DNA from: an uncultured Rikenellaceae bacterium
GTDB lineage: Bacteria > Bacteroidota > Bacteroidia > Bacteroidales > Rikenellaceae
Reading direction: 5' to 3'
DNA length: 64,000 bases
Assembly (NCBI GenBank): GCA_944326945.1
Contig: CALVFY010000008.1
Coordinates: forward strand, 9,994 to 73,993
Position numbers and translations under genes: made by a program. Below the pieces are notes generated by a model. It saw only the letters and a program-made list of their open reading frames with translations, ran no database searches and had not been told where the DNA came from. Shown here piece by piece: positions 1 through 9,451 of this stretch (within the stretch, counting starts at the first letter, position 1; the number at the start of each line of letters is the position of its first letter).

Positions 1-2
1 TT

Positions 3-212
3 TCGAACGGATGGATCGCAGACGATGATGGGACAGTCTATATCTATTATGCATCGAGCGATACCCGAATGCATGTAGCCACCTCGACAATCGACCGATT
101 GGTCGATTACTGTCTGAACACACCTTCCGACGGACTTCGATCGATCAACTCCGTAGAGACTATCAATCAACTGATCGAGAAAAACAAACGCTATTTCGAT
201 TCACTGAAATAA
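3..212 (+). CDS. C-terminal fragment of a GH130-family beta-mannoside phosphorylase (5' end lies outside the window)
   Basis: Frame 3 is open from the window edge to TAA at 210-212. It translates to SNGWIADDDGTVYIYYASSDTRMHVATSTIDRLVDYCLN..., a GH130-like C-terminus. The downstream symporter and 2-epimerase match the Bacteroides mannosylglucose phosphorylase operon layout. Confidence 0.6.
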   Translation, partial: SNGWIADDDGTVYIYYASSDTRMHVATSTIDRLVDYCLNTPSDGLRSINSVETINQLIEKNKRYFDSLK

Positions 213-219
213 CCAACCC

Positions 220-1620
220 ATGAGTGATGTGAAGATTAAATTCAAGGAAAAAGTAGGATATGGACTGGGAGACGCAGCTTCTTCGATGTTTTGGAAGCTG
301 TTCGGCATGTATCTGCTCTATTTCTACACGGATATTTTCGGTATTCCGGCAGCAATTGTCGGCACCATGTTTCTCATTACACGTATATGGGACTCACTGA
401 TTGATCCTTTGGCCGGGATCATTGCCGATCGCACCCGATCCCGTTTCGGGAAATTCCGCCCTTATCTCTTATGGTTTGCTATTCCTTTCGGCATAATGGG
501 TGTACTGACATTCACCACTCCCGATTTCGGCGTAACAGGGAAAATCGTCTACACCTATATCACCTATGCATTGATGATGATGATCTATACTATGATCAAT
601 GTTCCCTATGCCTCCCTGCTCGGCGTGATTTCCGACGATCCCCGAGAGAGAACCGAACTATCTTCCTATCGAATGATCTTCGCATTCATCGGCAGTATCC
701 TGGTACTGTTATTGGTCGAGCCACTCGTCGACCTTTTCAGTCAAACGAATGCCGGTGCCGATCTGGCCCGCGGATGGCAACGAGCGGTTATCGTATTTGC
801 CATAATAGCGATTATCTTTTTTCTGTTCTGCTTCCTGTGGACCAAAGAGCGTGTCAAACCCATCGCCACACAAAAAAACCCACTGAAGGATGATTTTCGC
901 GATCTTCTTCGGAACAAACCCTGGTGGATACTGTTAGGTGCAGGTATCGCTGCACTGATATTCAATTCGATCCGAGACGGAGCCGCCGTGTACTATTTCA
1001 AATATTATGTAGAGGACACCGGACAAAAGATACCCATCGGACTGGGAGACCTCTCCCTGACTCTGACAACAATTTATCTGGTACTGGGCCAGGCTGCCAA
1101 TATCCTCGGCATCCTCTTGGTAACCCCCATTTCGAATCGGATCGGCAAAAAATGGACCTATTTGGGAGCCATGGCGCTGGCAGGCATTTTCAGCATTGGA
1201 TTTTTCTTTTTGGGCAGTCGGGACATCGGTCTGATGATGATCATGCAGATTCTGATCAGTATCTGTGCCGGTTCCATATTCCCGTTATTGTGGAGTATGT
1301 ACGCCGACACGGCCGACTATTCGGAACTACGCACAGGCCGACGAGCCACCGGACTGATATTTTCCTCGTCGAGTATGTCCCAGAAATTCGGCTGGACGAT
1401 CGGAGGCGCATTGACCGGATGGTTACTGGCCTATTTCGGATTCCAGGCCAATGTCGAACAGAGTGTGGAGGTCCAAAGCGGGATCCGTATGATGTTAAGC
1501 ATCCTACCGGCAATCGGAGCACTGTTATCCGTACTTTTCGTCGCCTTTTATCCGCTCAACGAAAAACAGATGGCAACTATCGAATCCGAATTAAAAACAT
1601 TACGCAATGGTACAAAGTAA
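220..1620 (+). CDS. Glycoside-pentoside-hexuronide (GPH)/MFS sugar:cation symporter
   Basis: 466-aa ORF with about 12 hydrophobic segments. The N-terminus KVGYGLGDAASSMFWKLFGMYLLYFYTDIFGI and the DPLAGIIADRTRSRFGKFRPY motif are typical of MelB/GPH-family transporters. Confidence 0.85.
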   Translation: MSDVKIKFKEKVGYGLGDAASSMFWKLFGMYLLYFYTDIFGIPAAIVGTMFLITRIWDSLIDPLAGIIADRTRSRFGKFRPYLLWFAIPFGIMGVLTFTTPDFGVTGKIVYTYITYALMMMIYTMINVPYASLLGVISDDPRERTELSSYRMIFAFIGSILVLLLVEPLVDLFSQTNAGADLARGWQRAVIVFAIIAIIFFLFCFLWTKERVKPIATQKNPLKDDFRDLLRNKPWWILLGAGIAALIFNSIRDGAAVYYFKYYVEDTGQKIPIGLGDLSLTLTTIYLVLGQAANILGILLVTPISNRIGKKWTYLGAMALAGIFSIGFFFLGSRDIGLMMIMQILISICAGSIFPLLWSMYADTADYSELRTGRRATGLIFSSSSMSQKFGWTIGGALTGWLLAYFGFQANVEQSVEVQSGIRMMLSILPAIGALLSVLFVAFYPLNEKQMATIESELKTLRNGTK

Positions 1621-2833
1621 AAATCTTTCCGACTCGGCATGTCTTGAGGAACTACGTAGTCAGCTCCGCGAAGAATTGACCCAAAATATCCTTCCCTTCT
1701 GGATGGAACGCATGCCGGATCAAGAGCAAGGCGGTTTTTACGGACGTATAGACGGCCATGGCATCTGTCATCCCGAAGCGGAGAAAGGGACCATATTATG
1801 TGCCCGGATTCTCTGGACATTCTCGGCAGCCTATCGACTGCTGCATGAAGTTCGTTATTTGGCCATAGCCGATCGAGCGAAAGAATATCTACTGAATCGG
1901 TTCATAGATCCCGATTATGGCGGAGTATACTGGTCCCTGAAACCCGACGGCACTCCTTCTAACACCAAAAAACAGGTCTATGCCTCAGGATTTGCCATAT
2001 ACGGATTAAGCGAATATGCCCGGGCCACATCCGACCCTCAGACTCTCGAAACAGCCATCGCGCTATTCCATACTTTGGAGCAAAAGGCTTGGGATCCGCT
2101 TTACGGAGGCTATTTTGAGGCGTTTTCCCGGGAATGGGGTCCCATCGACGATGTACGACTCAGCGACAAGGATGCCAATGAACGTAAAACGATGAATACT
2201 CATCTTCACATTCTGGAACCCTACACCAATCTTTATCGCATATGGCCGAGCGGAGAACTCGCCAAAAGTATTCGACGTCTGATAACAATCTTCACCGAAA
2301 AGATTTACGACCGCCAAACAGGACATCTGGGGCTATTCTTCGGCGACGACTGGAGCCGACGCAGTTCAACCGTATCGTATGGTCACGACATCGAATCCTC
2401 GTGGCTAATCGACGAAGCGGTCCGCGTATTGGGAGACGAAAAGGAGATCGTCGCGACAACTCCGATCATAAAGCATATTGCTCGAGCCGCTGCCGAAGGA
2501 ATCCTTCCCGACGGCAGTCTGATCTACGAATCCGATCCAAAGACCGGAGACAAGGATACCGAACGTCATTGGTGGGTTCAGGCCGAAAATGTAGTAGGAT
2601 TCTACAATCTGTTTCATCGGTTTGCAGATCAGACTGCATTGGACAAGGCACTCCGCAGTTGGGAATATATCCGAACCCATCTGATCGATCCAACGGACGG
2701 GGAATGGTTCTGGAGCATCCTGCCCAATGGACAACCCAATAAAACGGATGATAAAGCCGGTTTCTGGAAATGTCCCTACCACAACGGACGAATGTGTATG
2801 GAAATTATGGCGAGAAACAGTTGTGATAGATGA
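1607..2833 (+). CDS. AGE-family (N-acylglucosamine 2-epimerase fold) cellobiose/mannobiose 2-epimerase
   Basis: 408-aa ORF overlapping the symporter stop by 14 nt. AGE-superfamily features are present: GGFYGRID, HLHILEPYTNLY, GHDIESSWL, WWVQAE, FWKCPYHNGR. The position next to GH130 and the symporter fits the known epimerase-phosphorylase mannan pathway. Confidence 0.8.
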   Translation: MVQSKNLSDSACLEELRSQLREELTQNILPFWMERMPDQEQGGFYGRIDGHGICHPEAEKGTILCARILWTFSAAYRLLHEVRYLAIADRAKEYLLNRFIDPDYGGVYWSLKPDGTPSNTKKQVYASGFAIYGLSEYARATSDPQTLETAIALFHTLEQKAWDPLYGGYFEAFSREWGPIDDVRLSDKDANERKTMNTHLHILEPYTNLYRIWPSGELAKSIRRLITIFTEKIYDRQTGHLGLFFGDDWSRRSSTVSYGHDIESSWLIDEAVRVLGDEKEIVATTPIIKHIARAAAEGILPDGSLIYESDPKTGDKDTERHWWVQAENVVGFYNLFHRFADQTALDKALRSWEYIRTHLIDPTDGEWFWSILPNGQPNKTDDKAGFWKCPYHNGRMCMEIMARNSCDR

Positions 2834-2881
2834 TGGAAACAGGGGATTGTTTTATATAATACTTACGGTAATTTTTCGAAC

Positions 2882-5746
2882 ATGAAGGGTTTATTGCTTG
2901 TATTTTGGGCGTGTGTAATAACTTGTACGGTCGTGGCGCAACCGGTCATGAGGGAAATTACATACGATTCTGTTTATCAGTACGAAAAGATTGATGGACG
3001 ATTGCGTTTGCATGCTTATCTGAACGCTGAAGAGTACAAAGGGGAAACACTCCGTTTCTTTTTTGACGAAAGACCATTGGGAACTGGTAAAGTGTCTCCT
3101 GAAGGAACCGTAGAGGTATGGTTGCCGTTGATCGGAGAGAAAAAAATTCTGACGGCATATACTGATCATGATAAACGCCCCGCAGTTGAACAATTGTATG
3201 AACCACTTATTCCCTCAGACTGGGGATATTTCAAGAACGGTACAATTCATATTATAGCTTCTTCACATCAGGACATTGCCTGGGTAGACGGCGTGGATAC
3301 CTGTCGATACAACCGCATTCATCATATTGTCGAACCTGCTATGCGAATGCTGGAACAAGACCCTGAATATGCTTTCGGTATGGAGCAGACGCTCAATTTG
3401 ATGGAATATTTGGATGAATTTCCGGAAAAGAAAGCCCGTGTGATTGAAAATTACAAGAAAGGGAAATTCGTGTGGGGTGCCACCTTTAATCAGCCATACG
3501 AAGGACTGGAATCAGGGGAACAACTGATCAGACAAGCTTATTACGGCCGAAAATGGATCAAAGAAAATCTTCCCGGATGCGATGATGTAACGGCTTATAA
3601 TGTGGATATTCCGGGACGATCCGCACAGGCTCCCCAAATTTTCGCAAAAAGCGGAATTAAAAATCTATTTATTTCCCGGATGCGGGAGGGGCTGTATAAT
3701 TGGTATAGTCCCGATGGTTCGAAAGTTCTGACTTACTCTCCGGCCAATTATGGATGGGCTATTATTTATTGGCGTTTTTTCGACGGAGATGCAGTGTCTG
3801 CATTCCATAAGCTGCATCATCGGGCAGTGCTATGGAGCAATTACTACGAAAAACACAACATTCCTCCGCATTATGCCATTGTAATCAGTTACGATGCCCA
3901 GAAACCGGCTAATTACGGGAAAATTATTGAAGTGTGGAACCGGATCGTGTCTTTGGCAGAAGTTCCGCTGCCTCGATTGCAACATTCTACGGCAGAAACT
4001 TATTTTGCAAAAGTCAATGTCCCGTCCGCCAATTTCGAAAAGGTATCCGGCGAACGGCCCAATCTCTGGCTCTATATCCATGGTCCGGCTCACTATGAGG
4101 CGATCCGGGCCAAACGGGAAGCGGGAGTCGTATTACCTGCCGCCGAAGCTTTTACGACTTTCGACGGATTGGTGGATGGCAATTTGGAAGATTATCCGAA
4201 AGCCCTGTTCGATTCGGCTTGGGTGGCATCCATATACCCTGATCACGGATGGGGAGGAAAATGCGGAGAACAAACAGACAGCATATTTCGGAAAAAACTT
4301 GAATATGCGCGGGATTCCGGTCAGACTCTTTTGGACGAAGCGCTTCGTTCAATTACCGACAAAATAGATGCTCCTGCCGGATCTGTCGTGGTGTTCAATG
4401 ATCTTTCCTGGAAACGAACCGCTCCAGTTTCGGTAGAGATCGATGCCAGTACGGAAAAGAGGACGATAGTCAGAGATGATAAGGGGCGTGTCGTTCCGTC
4501 TCAGATATTAAAAAGAGATGGGCACTGCGCATTGTCTTTTATAGCAGAGGATGTGCCTTCCATGGGGTATCGGACCTATTATTTGGATCGGGGAAAACGG
4601 AACGAGGCGGAACCGAGAGAGATCATACAGTTCTCCAATTTTTATGAAAATGAATACTACAGAATATCGTTCGGCGACGGGGGAATACGAAGTCTGTATG
4701 ACAAAAAGCTGCAACGAGAAGTGTTGAATACGCTTCGATTCAATGGAGCGGATTTATTGAACCTTGAGTATAAGGGAAATGGAGCGGGTGAGTTTACACG
4801 AATGACCGGGTTTACCCCAGGAGATTTACGGACATTGAGCGAAGGCAAATCGCTTTGGGAAATTGCGGAAAAGGGTCCGTTGTTTACTCTATTCAAAAAT
4901 AAACAACAAATGAAAGGAGTGGACGTCGTGCAGGAAATATGTGTGTATCATACACTGAAAAGGATAGATGTCGACATGTATCTGAATTTTGACGGCACTC
5001 ATAACCGTCAGTTACGTATTGCCTTTCCTGTGAATATGACTAAATCCGTGATTAACTATGAGGTCCCAATGGCCGTCCTTGAAGTTGGACGGGATGAGAT
5101 GAAAGGTGCTCCGGGCGGTTGGTCATGGTGGGGAAAATATTCGCAGGAACCTCGGGAGATACATCCCCGAGAAGTGCAGAATTTTATTTCTGCGAATGGA
5201 TCGGGTTTTGGGCTGACGTTGGCCTCGGGTGTTGCCGTGGCAGATTGGATAGATCCGTCGATCGAGGGTTCCGACTTTCCCGTATTACAGGGTGTATTAC
5301 TCTCTTCCCATAAAAGCTGCCACGGATTGGGCAATTGGTATCATCAGACAGGGAAACATCATTTTTCTTTTTCATTGCTTTCTCACGAACAAGGATGGGA
5401 AAACGGGTACTGTTTCGGGATAGGAGTCAACCATCCACTGAAAGCTGTGGTCAAAACACACGAAAAAGGAGTACTGCCTGCAAATTTAAGTTTTATGACC
5501 GTGTCCGATCCATTCGTATCCGTAAGTATTCTTAAAAAAGCCGATGATGGGAAAGGCGTTATTCTCAGACTGACAGAGATGAAAGGACGGGACACTACGG
5601 TAGATTTGACATTCCCGTTTGAAATAAAAGACGTAATCAGAACGAATTTAATAGAGGAAGAAAGTGGTTCGTTAGGTATTTCCGGAAAAACAATCCGGTT
5701 GCCATTGGGTCATCATGCAATAGAAACATTTAAATTGATTTTTTAA
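2882..5746 (+). CDS. GH38-family alpha-mannosidase with an N-terminal signal peptide
   Basis: 954-aa ORF. The GH38 N-terminal catalytic-domain pattern is HIIASSHQDIAWVD...FGMEQT...FVWGATFNQPYEGL...DIPGRSAQAPQI. The hydrophobic N-terminus is MKGLLLVFWACVITCTVVA. Confidence 0.75.
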   Translation: MKGLLLVFWACVITCTVVAQPVMREITYDSVYQYEKIDGRLRLHAYLNAEEYKGETLRFFFDERPLGTGKVSPEGTVEVWLPLIGEKKILTAYTDHDKRPAVEQLYEPLIPSDWGYFKNGTIHIIASSHQDIAWVDGVDTCRYNRIHHIVEPAMRMLEQDPEYAFGMEQTLNLMEYLDEFPEKKARVIENYKKGKFVWGATFNQPYEGLESGEQLIRQAYYGRKWIKENLPGCDDVTAYNVDIPGRSAQAPQIFAKSGIKNLFISRMREGLYNWYSPDGSKVLTYSPANYGWAIIYWRFFDGDAVSAFHKLHHRAVLWSNYYEKHNIPPHYAIVISYDAQKPANYGKIIEVWNRIVSLAEVPLPRLQHSTAETYFAKVNVPSANFEKVSGERPNLWLYIHGPAHYEAIRAKREAGVVLPAAEAFTTFDGLVDGNLEDYPKALFDSAWVASIYPDHGWGGKCGEQTDSIFRKKLEYARDSGQTLLDEALRSITDKIDAPAGSVVVFNDLSWKRTAPVSVEIDASTEKRTIVRDDKGRVVPSQILKRDGHCALSFIAEDVPSMGYRTYYLDRGKRNEAEPREIIQFSNFYENEYYRISFGDGGIRSLYDKKLQREVLNTLRFNGADLLNLEYKGNGAGEFTRMTGFTPGDLRTLSEGKSLWEIAEKGPLFTLFKNKQQMKGVDVVQEICVYHTLKRIDVDMYLNFDGTHNRQLRIAFPVNMTKSVINYEVPMAVLEVGRDEMKGAPGGWSWWGKYSQEPREIHPREVQNFISANGSGFGLTLASGVAVADWIDPSIEGSDFPVLQGVLLSSHKSCHGLGNWYHQTGKHHFSFSLLSHEQGWENGYCFGIGVNHPLKAVVKTHEKGVLPANLSFMTVSDPFVSVSILKKADDGKGVILRLTEMKGRDTTVDLTFPFEIKDVIRTNLIEEESGSLGISGKTIRLPLGHHAIETFKLIF

Positions 5747-5887
5747 CAGTATCTATCAGAATAAAAAAGGAATCATCAATTCGAATTTTCCTATACATAT
5801 ATATTCACCACTTCCTCTTTTCATGATTTTACACCCATCCGAAAGGAGCAATTCCATTCGTCGACCTAATATTTTTCCTTTCCATCC

Positions 5888-5924
5888 AAAAAAGGAGCAA
5901 GCCCACGAAGGGTTTGCTCCTTTT
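5888..5924. terminator. Bidirectional rho-independent terminator between convergent genes
   Basis: Hairpin AAAAAAGGAGCAAGCCC-acgaa-GGGTTTGCTCCTTTT flanked by A and T runs. It lies between the GH38 stop (+) and the carboxyltransferase stop (-). Confidence 0.7.
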
Positions 5925-5945
5925 CCATACTTCATTCGGGCGTAA

Positions 5946-7811
5946 TTATTTCCCCACCTCAATCATCGGGGCATCCACAGCCACGCTATCGCCTTCGTTG
6001 ACAAGAATCTGTTTTACCACTCCCTCATAAGCCGACTGGATACTGTTCTCCATCTTCATGGCTTCGAGCAACAACACCTCTTGTCCCCGTCTGACCGCAT
6101 CACCCGGCTTCACCATCACCTTGAGGATCTTTCCCGGCATCGGAGCCGTAATCACATCGCCCGTAATAGGTGCTGCAACCGGCCTTTCCTCTTTCGAAAC
6201 AGGAACCTCTGCAACTTCTTTCTCCTCCTTGGGTGCCGTAGCCTTATAAAGAGCCTCTTTCTTCTCCTTCAGGAACTTCGAAGCCACCAACGGGAAAAGT
6301 TCCAACAACAACTCCTCTTTCTCATCGGCAGCCAGTTTCACTCCTCCACACTCGGGCAGTTCGGGATTGGGCTGCATCTTGTATTGCGACATATCGTAAG
6401 GGGTCTCCTGCTCCACACCGGCAATCTTCAGGCGGAACTTCGGATCTACCGGCACCGGAGTATGCCCATACTCGCCTTTGACCAGGTTCACAAACTGATT
6501 CGATACGTTCGAGTACATCGGCTTTCCGTTCTTCTGATCGAGTGCACAATTCACGGCCTGTGCCCCCACGATCTGACTGGTCGGAGTCACCAACGGAGGC
6601 AATCCGGCATCAAGCCGCACACGAGGAATCAACTCCATTGCCTTCTCCAGGATATCTTCAGCCTTAAGTTGTTTGAGCTGAGCCACCATATTGGTATACA
6701 TACCACCCGGAATCTCGGCCTTCTGCACCAGCAAATTCGGCTTCGGGAAACCAAAGTAGCGTTCGATGGCATGACAAGCCTCCAACAAAGCCGCCTCATC
6801 GCCCCGGTTCACCGCATCAATCGCCACATCGAACTGTTTGTCCACCTCATCGGGCAACTCATCCTTCAACGGATTGAACGGATTGGGGAACTGTTTCACC
6901 GTATCATAAGCCGCCAACTCCTTGCGGATTTCATAAAGTTCGGCATTGATTTTCGCCACGGCTTCCATATTGACGTCGAGTTCTACCCCCATCTTCTTGC
7001 AGAAAATGTAGATCAATTCGATAGCCGGAGCAGCCGGACCCTCAGCAAAATACCAAATATTGGTATCCACCACGTCCACTCCGCTGGCAATAGCCGCCAC
7101 AACGGATGCCAACCCATAACCCGGCGTACAGTGGGTATGGAAGTCGACCGGAACGTTCAGATTACTCTTGAACAGTTTCACCAGACCGGCCACCCGTTTG
7201 GGCGGGATCAATCCGCTCATATCCTTGATCGTGATCATATCGGCGCCCAAGGCAGCCATCTGTTTGGCCTTGTCGAGGAAATAGGCATCGGTAAAGACCG
7301 GTCCCGGCAATTTCTTGCCCCGCAGCAGTGCCTTGAAGCGTTCCCCGGCAGTGAAGTGCGGATCAACCGTATAGCAGACGGCACAATCGGCAATTCCTCC
7401 GTATTTCTTAATGAATTTCACGGTGGATTTCACATTGTCCACATCGTTCAACGCATCGAAAATACGCATGATACCCAACCCGGAAGCGATCGAATTGCGA
7501 CAGAAACCCTCGATAATCTCATCGCTGTACGGACTGTATCCGAAAAGATTACGCCCCCGGGAGAGAGCGGTCAACTTCGAGACATCGCCCACAACAGCCT
7601 TGATCTTTTCCAACCGATCCCACGGATTCTCGCCCAGATAGCGCATCACGGAGTCGGGCACGGCTCCGCCCCATACTTCCATCGCATAAAAGCCTGCATC
7701 CTTATAAAAGGGCAATACCCGATCCACCTGCTGCTGCGTCATACGAGTAGCAAAGGAGGACTGTTGTCCGTCCCTGAGCGTCAAATCTCTGATTAAAAGT
7801 TTACGTGCCAT
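5946..7811 (-). CDS. Biotin-dependent carboxyltransferase (5S/OadA/PycB type) fused to a C-terminal biotin carboxyl carrier domain
   Basis: 621-aa ORF. The N-terminus LIRDLTLRDGQQS is HMGL-like carboxyltransferase. The C-terminus has the biotinylation motif LLLEAMKMENSI. Confidence 0.85.
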   Translation of the reverse strand: MARKLLIRDLTLRDGQQSSFATRMTQQQVDRVLPFYKDAGFYAMEVWGGAVPDSVMRYLGENPWDRLEKIKAVVGDVSKLTALSRGRNLFGYSPYSDEIIEGFCRNSIASGLGIMRIFDALNDVDNVKSTVKFIKKYGGIADCAVCYTVDPHFTAGERFKALLRGKKLPGPVFTDAYFLDKAKQMAALGADMITIKDMSGLIPPKRVAGLVKLFKSNLNVPVDFHTHCTPGYGLASVVAAIASGVDVVDTNIWYFAEGPAAPAIELIYIFCKKMGVELDVNMEAVAKINAELYEIRKELAAYDTVKQFPNPFNPLKDELPDEVDKQFDVAIDAVNRGDEAALLEACHAIERYFGFPKPNLLVQKAEIPGGMYTNMVAQLKQLKAEDILEKAMELIPRVRLDAGLPPLVTPTSQIVGAQAVNCALDQKNGKPMYSNVSNQFVNLVKGEYGHTPVPVDPKFRLKIAGVEQETPYDMSQYKMQPNPELPECGGVKLAADEKEELLLELFPLVASKFLKEKKEALYKATAPKEEKEVAEVPVSKEERPVAAPITGDVITAPMPGKILKVMVKPGDAVRRGQEVLLLEAMKMENSIQSAYEGVVKQILVNEGDSVAVDAPMIEVGK

Positions 7812-7941
7812 ACTCCATTGATTTTTAAATGAAAGCGGAATTTTTTCAACTACTGTTATTCCGCTAACAAATATAGCAATATAATTTATACGATTCTCAT
7901 TCCCCCTTAAAAATTTTTTTCATCAAACATCCACCTCTGTT

Positions 7942-7976
7942 AAAAAAATGATAGCCGCCACAAAATATGCGACGGC
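7942..7976 (-). terminator. Candidate rho-independent terminator after the esterase gene
   Basis: On the minus strand, GCCGTCGC-atatttt-GTGGCGGC (8 bp with two G-U pairs) is followed by TATCATTTTTTT. Confidence 0.4.
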
Positions 7977-8002
7977 AATCATTCTTTTCGTCAGAGTTTT
8001 CC

Positions 8003-9427
8003 TTATCGAATATCATCCCAATCGTCCGTACGGAACGGGAAAACGGGTTGTCCGTAATGATTCTTCAGATTCGCTCCCTTCACATAACCCCGGAATGCAT
8101 AACGCACCGCAACCGGTTCGGGAACCTGATCCGACCACACCTCCACCATCTGCTTTCGGTTTACGACACGGGCTTCGGCCGGATAGAACTTACGGTCGGC
8201 ACCGGCAATCTCGAATCCCTCCAACGGCATCAACATTTTACCCACACCCTGAGTCGCATTGTCGAACGAAACGATCGCCTTGCCTTTCTCGAAGACCACC
8301 GATTTATAGATCGGTCCGGTAGGCGGAATCTCGCTCATGCCATAGGTTTTCGAAAGTGCGAGCAGGGCCAGTCGTTGACCCACGGGCTCCTTACGCCCGG
8401 GATGGCCACACTTCTCTTCGCCCACATCGGTCGTTCCCACGATACCCGAATGAGGGATCAACGACTGGGCCTTCACCTGGGCCTCCATAAACAGAGCTGC
8501 CGGCGTACCCTCCTTATATCCATAGGGTGCGATCTGCACATAATAGAACGGCATCTCGGGATTTCCCCACTTCTCCCGCCACAGATTCACCATAGCGGCC
8601 TGCATCTGAGGATAGAGTTTGTAGTGCGACCGGCTCGATTCCCCCTGATACCAGATGAATCCACGAGCCGTATAATTGGTCAGAGGAGCGATCATTCCGT
8701 AGTAGAACAGAGTCGGGACATCCTGCGGACGAGGATTGTCCAAACGAATGGAGTCGCGCGGGAAGGGAGGCAACTTGTCAAGCGTAGGCCTGTCGATCCA
8801 GCTCTCGATACGAGAACCTCCATAACTGGCCGTGATGATTCCCACAGGCACACCGCCCAATGCGTCGGTCAGATGACGCGCAAAGAAATAGGCCACGGCG
8901 CTGAACATTCCCACACACTGCGGCGAGGAAACTTCCCACTCCCCCGCACAATCCTGTTTGGGTTCGAGGGCCCGGGCCGATTTCACCCAGAAACTGCGGA
9001 TCTGAGGATACTTCCCGGAAGAAAGCACCGTTTCTGCCGTATTCTCCATGTGCTGATTGATCGAACCGCGCACCCGATATTGCATATTGGACTGACCGGA
9101 GCAGACCCACACCTCGCCGATCATCACATTCTTCAATGTCACGGGCTCTCCATCTGAGATGTCGATCGTATAGGGACCGCCCCATGCGGGAGTCTTCACC
9201 TTCACGATCCAACTACCGTCATCGGCAGCCATCGCAGCATAACTGTTCTCATCCCAGGAGGTAGCCACGGTCACCTTTTTCCCCGGATCGGCCCAGCCCC
9301 AGATATTCACCTGGCTCTGCTGCTGAAGCACCATACCGTCACCCATCAAAGAGGGCAGTTTCACTTTGGCCGTCAAGCCTGTCGCCGCTGCACAAAGCAA
9401 AACGATCAACATCAGTTTCTTCTTCAT
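8003..9427 (-). CDS. Sialate O-acetylesterase (SASA-domain carbohydrate esterase), secreted
   Basis: 474-aa ORF with the signal peptide MKKKLMLIVLLCAAATGLTA. The GEVWVCSGQSNM motif is typical of the SASA/9-O-acetylesterase family. Confidence 0.75.
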   Translation of the reverse strand: MKKKLMLIVLLCAAATGLTAKVKLPSLMGDGMVLQQQSQVNIWGWADPGKKVTVATSWDENSYAAMAADDGSWIVKVKTPAWGGPYTIDISDGEPVTLKNVMIGEVWVCSGQSNMQYRVRGSINQHMENTAETVLSSGKYPQIRSFWVKSARALEPKQDCAGEWEVSSPQCVGMFSAVAYFFARHLTDALGGVPVGIITASYGGSRIESWIDRPTLDKLPPFPRDSIRLDNPRPQDVPTLFYYGMIAPLTNYTARGFIWYQGESSRSHYKLYPQMQAAMVNLWREKWGNPEMPFYYVQIAPYGYKEGTPAALFMEAQVKAQSLIPHSGIVGTTDVGEEKCGHPGRKEPVGQRLALLALSKTYGMSEIPPTGPIYKSVVFEKGKAIVSFDNATQGVGKMLMPLEGFEIAGADRKFYPAEARVVNRKQMVEVWSDQVPEPVAVRYAFRGYVKGANLKNHYGQPVFPFRTDDWDDIR

Positions 9428-9451
9428 TTCAATTGTTTTTTAAGATTACTA

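Noticed and set aside
6081-7796. A 571-aa ORF on the plus strand, antisense to the carboxyltransferase-BCCP gene.
   Set aside because: It lies entirely inside a gene whose sense-strand product has strong family motifs. The antisense translation is Arg/His/Leu/Ser-rich with no recognisable motif. This is a typical stop-poor shadow frame in GC-moderate coding DNA.
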